Virus record (IMG/VR): IMGVR_UViG_3300022752_000015
Location: 148,805-212,804 of that record
DNA length: 64,000 nt
Reading direction: 5' to 3' (one strand)
In this document: positions 60,094 to 64,000 of the stretch, one piece after another
How positions within the stretch are numbered: the first letter of the stretch is position 1
How the letters are laid out: every line of letters starts with the position of its first letter
Position numbers and translations under genes: made by a program
Notes under the pieces: model-generated
Seen by the model: only the letters and a program-made list of their open reading frames with translations
Told to the model about the DNA's origin: nothing
The model's database searches: none

Positions 60094-60837
60094 TCAGAAC
60101 TTCTCTGCCGGGACCCACTGGACGTTACCTGCCGAGTCCTTCACCCCTGCCCGGGCGTTCCACTTGCCGCGGTACTTGGAGACGCCGATCCAGAAGACCT
60201 TGCCGGTGAAGCCGTCGACTGTGACCGTGGTGCCCTTGGCAGGGATCCGGGCCAGCTGACCCTCAGCCACCGCCTTCTCGGCCTGGAGCTTGGCGTCACG
60301 CTTAGCCTGGCGGGCGTCCTTCTTCGCCTTCTCGGCGGCGGCGATGGCAGCCTGCTCAGCGCGTTTGGCCGCCCGTTCCGCCTCGATGCGGGCCATCCGG
60401 GCCGTGTGGAATGCCTCCCAGGCGGCACATCCGTCGAGCATCTCAGGACCACCGTGGAGGAGCTGCATGTCGAAGGGATCGACCGTGGCCGACAGCGAGT
60501 AGCCGTTGCGGTCGGAGAAGAGGTTGGTGCAGTCCACCCAGGCGAACTGTTCGTGGACCTCGAGATCGCGGACCTTGTCGGCATCCCACTTGAGGGCATC
60601 GATGTAGGCGAGGATCCGCTCACCGGCGTAGTGGTGCGGGCTGGGAGGGACGTTGCAGGTGCCGAGCCAGACGAGGGCCCAGGTGCACTCAGTCGAGCGG
60701 TGGTCCGAGTAGTCGAGGGTGTCCGACCAGTTGCGGGTCTCCGTCGTCTTCTCGATCCGCAGGACGCGGTGCTGGAAGAAGACCTCCGACGTGGAGGGGC
60801 CGGGACCGTAGGCGTAGCTCTTCTTGATGATCGGCAT
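60094..60837 (-). CDS. Array unit protein, 247 aa, with Ala/Lys helix and C-terminal SH3-like domain
   Basis: ATG of element 60835-60873; C-terminus contains KGTTVTV..TGKVFWIG. Confidence 0.75.
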   Translation of the reverse strand: MPIIKKSYAYGPGPSTSEVFFQHRVLRIEKTTETRNWSDTLDYSDHRSTECTWALVWLGTCNVPPSPHHYAGERILAYIDALKWDADKVRDLEVHEQFAWVDCTNLFSDRNGYSLSATVDPFDMQLLHGGPEMLDGCAAWEAFHTARMARIEAERAAKRAEQAAIAAAEKAKKDARQAKRDAKLQAEKAVAEGQLARIPAKGTTVTVDGFTGKVFWIGVSKYRGKWNARAGVKDSAGNVQWVPAEKF

Positions 60838-60888
60838 GGTTCTACCCTATCCTGTTCAGGGTCGACTTTGCACCACCGCCGCACTTTT

Positions 60889-61131
60889 TCAGTCGTCGTC
60901 CACCCCGAAGGTGGAGAGGGGCTCTTCCTCCTCTTCGTCCTCACCCAACTCTTCCTCCTCCTCGTCCTCGTCGATCTCTGCATCCTCCTCCTCGAGGAAC
61001 CCCTCACCCACTGCCATCTCGGCTACGTCGGCCTCCGACATGAAGGTCAGGCAGGCCCTCACGAGCACCTCGGCGTCCAAGGCACCCTCTTCCATCATCT
61101 CCAGCAGCTTGTTCGTAACTCGTCGCGTCAT
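60889..61131 (-). CDS. Array unit protein, 80 aa, extremely acidic
   Basis: ATG of element 61129-61167; about 40% Asp/Glu. Confidence 0.75.
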   Translation of the reverse strand: MTRRVTNKLLEMMEEGALDAEVLVRACLTFMSEADVAEMAVGEGFLEEEDAEIDEDEEEEELGEDEEEEEPLSTFGVDDD

Positions 61132-61170
61132 GTTGTTACCTTATCTTGTCGGGGGTTGACTTTACACTGC

Positions 61171-61557
61171 TCAGGGGAGGGGCTTGAACTCGGGACCCTT
61201 GCCGAAGACCTCACGGTCTGCGTAGTGCCAGCTGTAGGTAGTCCCTCGCTCGTCCCCCGGCCGAAAGAGGTAGACGAACTCGTAACCACCGTCGTCGAAG
61301 CGGATGCTGCTCGCCTGGGTGTAGGTGGCGATGTCGAGTTCCTCACCACGGTCGCGGTGGTAGGCCTGCGTGTAATCCAGGTCCTCACCGAGCGACGACA
61401 AGCAACCGAGCGCCACGAGGTCGAGCACCTGACGGACCGTCGTGTAGTGTGCTTTGAGGGTGGCACCGACGCCTTTGAGGTAGCCGTCGTGGTGGCAGTA
61501 GACGCCGGTGACAGTGCCGTCGAGGTTCTGGATGCCGATGAAAGAGCGAGTGGACAT
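61171..61557 (-). CDS. Phage hypothetical protein (MSTRS.IG...YCH.DGY...VG..L..HY type), 128 aa
   Basis: AGGAG SD before ATG 61557; the motif pattern recurs in phage proteins, function unknown. Confidence 0.75.
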   Translation of the reverse strand: MSTRSFIGIQNLDGTVTGVYCHHDGYLKGVGATLKAHYTTVRQVLDLVALGCLSSLGEDLDYTQAYHRDRGEELDIATYTQASSIRFDDGGYEFVYLFRPGDERGTTYSWHYADREVFGKGPEFKPLP

Positions 61558-61594
61558 GAGGTTCTCCTGGACGAGGGTTGGTGGCCGGATTGGT

Positions 61595-61621
61595 TCAGAT
61601 GCCGATCTTGATCGTTTCCAT
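61595..61621 (-). CDS. 8-aa leader micro-ORF (METIKIGI)
   Basis: ATG of element 61619-61657, with a stop at codon 9. Confidence 0.4.
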   Translation of the reverse strand: METIKIGI

Positions 61622-61651
61622 GGTTCTACTCTATCAGGTCGTTGAGGAACT

Positions 61652-62383
61652 TTACACTGCCTCTGTGCGACGAATTGCGACCGTCGGGGGAAGGGTACCA
61701 TCCCCACACCCGTACACCCGGATCGAATAGTTGGCGATTTCCTTGGGGTAACCCCTTCGGTCAGCCCGGCGGATGTGACGGAATCGATAGGTCCCAGGAT
61801 CCGGATACTTCCCAGTCATAGAAATGTAGGTCGGGGTGAGACGTAGAGTGCGGGAGCTTCCTCCGATGCGGAGACCCTTGAAGGCCGCATCGCCGAGCGT
61901 GTCATAGATCTGCTTACCAACGAGCTGCTCTGCAGTCCGTTGTGTCCTCTCGACCACCTGTGCGGGTGACTCCATGGTCAAAGTGATCTTCTGGGGCAAC
62001 ATTGTTGTCAGCATCTCCCCCAGCATGGCAACCATCGAGACCATGTTTTCCCGCCGCTTCAACGTCTCCAGGTCCATGTCGCCACCTGAGGTCGCCACTG
62101 CGATGCGGAGGTAGTTATCCAACACCATGGCACCTTCCTCATTGAGCTGTGCCCCCTTCGGGTCCGAGTTGTAGACGACGACCAGCGTGACGGAGGGGTT
62201 GGACTCGTGCCACGCGCTCCTCGTGGGATCCAGGTTGAAGTCGTACCGAATCCCCGTCGAGCCCTCCGTCACCTCCCGAGCGAGCACGTCTTGGTTGTAC
62301 TTGTTCATGTGCGCGACCACACCGTGAGAGCCGATGATGGCCTTGGCGGTGCGGAGGGCTTCGATCCGGGGTGTGGCGTCCAT
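61652..62383 (-). CDS. Array unit protein, 243 aa
   Basis: ATG of element 62381-62419; its TAA lies inside the GTGTAAAG of the next element. Confidence 0.75.
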   Translation of the reverse strand: MDATPRIEALRTAKAIIGSHGVVAHMNKYNQDVLAREVTEGSTGIRYDFNLDPTRSAWHESNPSVTLVVVYNSDPKGAQLNEEGAMVLDNYLRIAVATSGGDMDLETLKRRENMVSMVAMLGEMLTTMLPQKITLTMESPAQVVERTQRTAEQLVGKQIYDTLGDAAFKGLRIGGSSRTLRLTPTYISMTGKYPDPGTYRFRHIRRADRRGYPKEIANYSIRVYGCGDGTLPPTVAIRRTEAV

Positions 62384-62419
62384 GGTTCTACCTTACCTCA
62401 TTCGTCGTGCGCTTTGCAC

Positions 62420-62638
62420 TCAGGTCACACCCCGCCGTGACAGTTCGATGCCGAGGAGCTTGTAGGCCGTGCGCCAGTTGCGGTGGCGGGCCCGGGCGAG
62501 GACTTGGGTGCCGGTGTCCACCTCGACGTGGAAGTCTCCCTTGACGCGGACGCTGCGGACCTCAAGGGGCGTGCCCTCACTGACGCAGAAGGAAGCAAGT
62601 TCGAGAACCTTTGCCTTGGGAGAGGAGTTGCGCTTCAT
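62420..62638 (-). CDS. Array unit protein, 72 aa, basic
   Basis: ATG of element 62636-62674; its TGA abuts the next element. Confidence 0.7.
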   Translation of the reverse strand: MKRNSSPKAKVLELASFCVSEGTPLEVRSVRVKGDFHVEVDTGTQVLARARHRNWRTAYKLLGIELSRRGVT

Positions 62639-62679
62639 GGTTCTAACTTACCTTGTTTGAGGTTGACTTTGCACTGCCT

Positions 62680-62952
62680 TCAGCCAACCGCGAGAGAAAG
62701 TGCGCAGTAGCGGCCGTCGGGCAGAGTACCTTCGTAGTTGAGGCTGACGTTACCCTCGCCATCGTCGGCGATCTCGACGAAGTTGAAGGCGACAACCTTG
62801 CCCGTCCGGTGGCTGCGGACTGCGACCTTGGCCGGAGCACGACCACTTTGGGGGAAGTCAATGTGGTCGCTGACCGACCCCATACCGTGAGCGGCCTTGG
62901 CGTTGTACCAGTCGAACTTCGAACCGTCGAGGATGATCGGGAAGGTGTTCAT
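62680..62952 (-). CDS. Array unit protein, 90 aa
   Basis: Reads MNTFPIILDG... from element 62950-62988. Confidence 0.7.
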   Translation of the reverse strand: MNTFPIILDGSKFDWYNAKAAHGMGSVSDHIDFPQSGRAPAKVAVRSHRTGKVVAFNFVEIADDGEGNVSLNYEGTLPDGRYCALSLAVG

Positions 62953-63005
62953 GGTCTCAGTATATCCTTTCGAGGTTGAACTTTGCACTGGATGGGTTGG
63001 GGTTT

Positions 63006-63344
63006 TCAGCCGCCGTCGGCCATGCGCATGGCGGCGTAGGCGTCGGCCGGTTTGGCGGGCTTCTTGCGCTTGGCCTTGCGTTGAGCTGCCCGATCCGCGG
63101 CCGCCGAGGCGGCCGGGTTGCAGACGGCCTTCTCCTTGCCGACGGAGTAGAGGATGTTGTCCCCTGGTTGGAATGGGCCGCTGAGGACCACGACGTCGCC
63201 GTCCTCGAGCTGTCCTGCTCGGGCGGCCATTGCGAGTTTGTCGAAGGCTGCGCGGGCTGCCGGCTCGCTGAGGAAGACGTGCTGGGCGGCGGAGCCTTCG
63301 TAGGAGACCAGGACCGAGACGACGTAGATTCCGATGTTCTTCAT
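63006..63344 (-). CDS. Array unit protein, 112 aa
   Basis: Reads MKNIGIYVV... from element 63342-63380; basic C-terminal tail. Confidence 0.7.
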   Translation of the reverse strand: MKNIGIYVVSVLVSYEGSAAQHVFLSEPAARAAFDKLAMAARAGQLEDGDVVVLSGPFQPGDNILYSVGKEKAVCNPAASAAADRAAQRKAKRKKPAKPADAYAAMRMADGG

Positions 63345-63384
63345 GGTTGTAGTATACACTTTCGAGGTTGAACTTTGCACGGAC

Positions 63385-63594
63385 TCAGTACAACTTTCGG
63401 CCGTGGGACAGGACCTCCGCCGCTCGAGCGAATGCCCTCGACAGAATCTCACATTCGGCACGGTTGAGGTACAGGGTGGCGGTGCCTCCGGAATCCTTGT
63501 CCGGACACCGGCCCTTGTGCTCGTCTCCCCGGACCGTCTGGACCAGGTCGAGGCGGAGGATGTCGTTGATGATGTCGAGGGGGTCGCGGTCCAT
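63385..63594 (-). CDS. Array unit protein, 69 aa
   Basis: Reads MDRDPLDII... from element 63592-63630. Confidence 0.7.
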   Translation of the reverse strand: MDRDPLDIINDILRLDLVQTVRGDEHKGRCPDKDSGGTATLYLNRAECEILSRAFARAAEVLSHGRKLY

Positions 63595-63648
63595 GGTCCT
63601 AGTATACCCTTTCTGCTGGGAACTTTGCACCGGGTGGAGAACTTTTTT

Positions 63649-63837
63649 TCAGACGTCCGAAGCGATCTGCGCCAGGAAGTGGGCGAGCGTCGAGGCATCG
63701 TCGTTCTGGAGGGTGATCGAGAAGCTCGGCCCGAACACGATCCGCGTCGTGTAAGGCAGCGGACCTTCCTCCACCTCGATGCGGTACTCGCGGGAGGTGT
63801 CTGCGTCGACGACCGTGAGCTTCTTGATGTGATCCAT
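63649..63837 (-). CDS. Array unit protein, 62 aa
   Basis: Reads MDHIKKLTV... from element 63835-63873. Confidence 0.7.
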   Translation of the reverse strand: MDHIKKLTVVDADTSREYRIEVEEGPLPYTTRIVFGPSFSITLQNDDASTLAHFLAQIASDV

Positions 63838-63904
63838 GGTCCTAGTATACCCTTTCCACTGTGAACTTTGCACTGACGGTCGCGCTTTTTTTCGCGATCC
63901 CCTG

Positions 63905-63983
63905 GGATGACCCAGGAGAGGTCGGGGAATGCCGGACCTAGGTTACCCCATCCGACCCCACGGTAGCCTCTCCTGGGTCATCC
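63905..63983. repeat. Hairpin element copy 2 (17-bp arms, same core)
   Basis: GGATGACCCAGGAGAGG (63905-63921) pairs with CCTCTCCTGGGTCATCC (63967-63983); core GACCTAGGTTACCCCAT at 63935-63951. Confidence 0.85.
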
Positions 63984-64000
63984 TCAGGCCCAGGACCTGG

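Larger units (their letters stand above)
58242..63873 (-). promoter_or_regulatory. 18 copies of a 39-bp promoter/start element, GTGYAAAG-N16-TAnnnT-N5-CATG
   Basis: Copies at 58242-58280, 58481-58519, 58698-58736, 58935-58973, 59145-59183, 59352-59390, 59605-59643, 59733-59771, 59928-59966, 60835-60873, 61129-61167, 61619-61657, 62381-62419, 62636-62674, 62950-62988, 63342-63380, 63592-63630 and 63835-63873. Each ends in the ATG of an ORF. Confidence 0.9.

Noticed and set aside
57670-63864. Long plus-strand and alternate-frame ORFs in the GC-rich region (e.g. 60406-61611, 58731-59438, 60141-61007)
   Set aside because: These are shadow ORFs of GC-rich coding DNA. They cross several elements and overlap the consistently organised minus-strand genes.
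58242-63873. CRISPR array interpretation of the 39-bp repeats
   Set aside because: The repeats are degenerate in the middle and separated by about 90-870 bp that mostly encode complete ORFs; no cas genes are in the window.
58242-63873. Classical integron attC cassette array
   Set aside because: The elements are not palindromic, lack RYYYAAC/GTTRRRY ends and have promoter geometry; no integrase is visible in the window.
58524-63873. ORF-track N-terminal extensions MQSS..KGYT..M starting at the GTG of the element
   Set aside because: That GTG belongs to the -35-like box. In B-type copies the same frame hits TAA or TAG at the -10 box, so the conserved ATG is the start.
58242-63873. Shine-Dalgarno reading of the AAAGG/GAGG/AGGA bases in the element
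   Set aside because: They sit about 12 nt or only 2 nt from the ATG and vary between copies, whereas the TAnnnT box and its spacing are invariant. Not fully excluded for read-through transcripts.

Overview
This window is part of a large, T4-like (jumbo-type) phage genome. From left to right it contains: (1) a minus-strand cluster of about 8 glycosyltransferase-like genes (1-8.1 kb); (2) a degenerate GroEL-like chaperonin, ClpP, a DinG-like helicase, an Hc1-like nucleoid protein and PIN-PhoH (8-16.7 kb); (3) large probable virion/tail genes (16.7-30.6 kb); (4) a gp4/TnsA-like nuclease, a RuvC-like resolvase, primase and a fused SbcD-SbcC (30.6-37 kb); (5) a head module of terminase, portal, gp21 protease, scaffold and gp23 major capsid protein (37.8-48.5 kb); (6) tRNA-Glu, ATP-dependent ligase, an RpoD-like sigma factor and UvsE (49-57 kb). 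After about 57.6 kb the DNA becomes strongly GC-rich and forms an array of 18 small minus-strand units. Each unit starts with a fixed-length 39-bp element, GTGYAAAG-N16-TAnnnT-N5-CATG. This looks like a sigma70-type promoter that places the start site on the ATG, so the mRNA would be leaderless. The array also holds two copies of a fixed-geometry hairpin with covarying arms and an invariant 17-nt core. The same promoter geometry recurs before several AT-rich core genes. Six dispersed proteins share an N-terminal MKLT..L+.II.EE motif that may be a capsid-targeting or processing signal. All calls come from reading motifs by eye; no database searches were run, and GC values are rough estimates.
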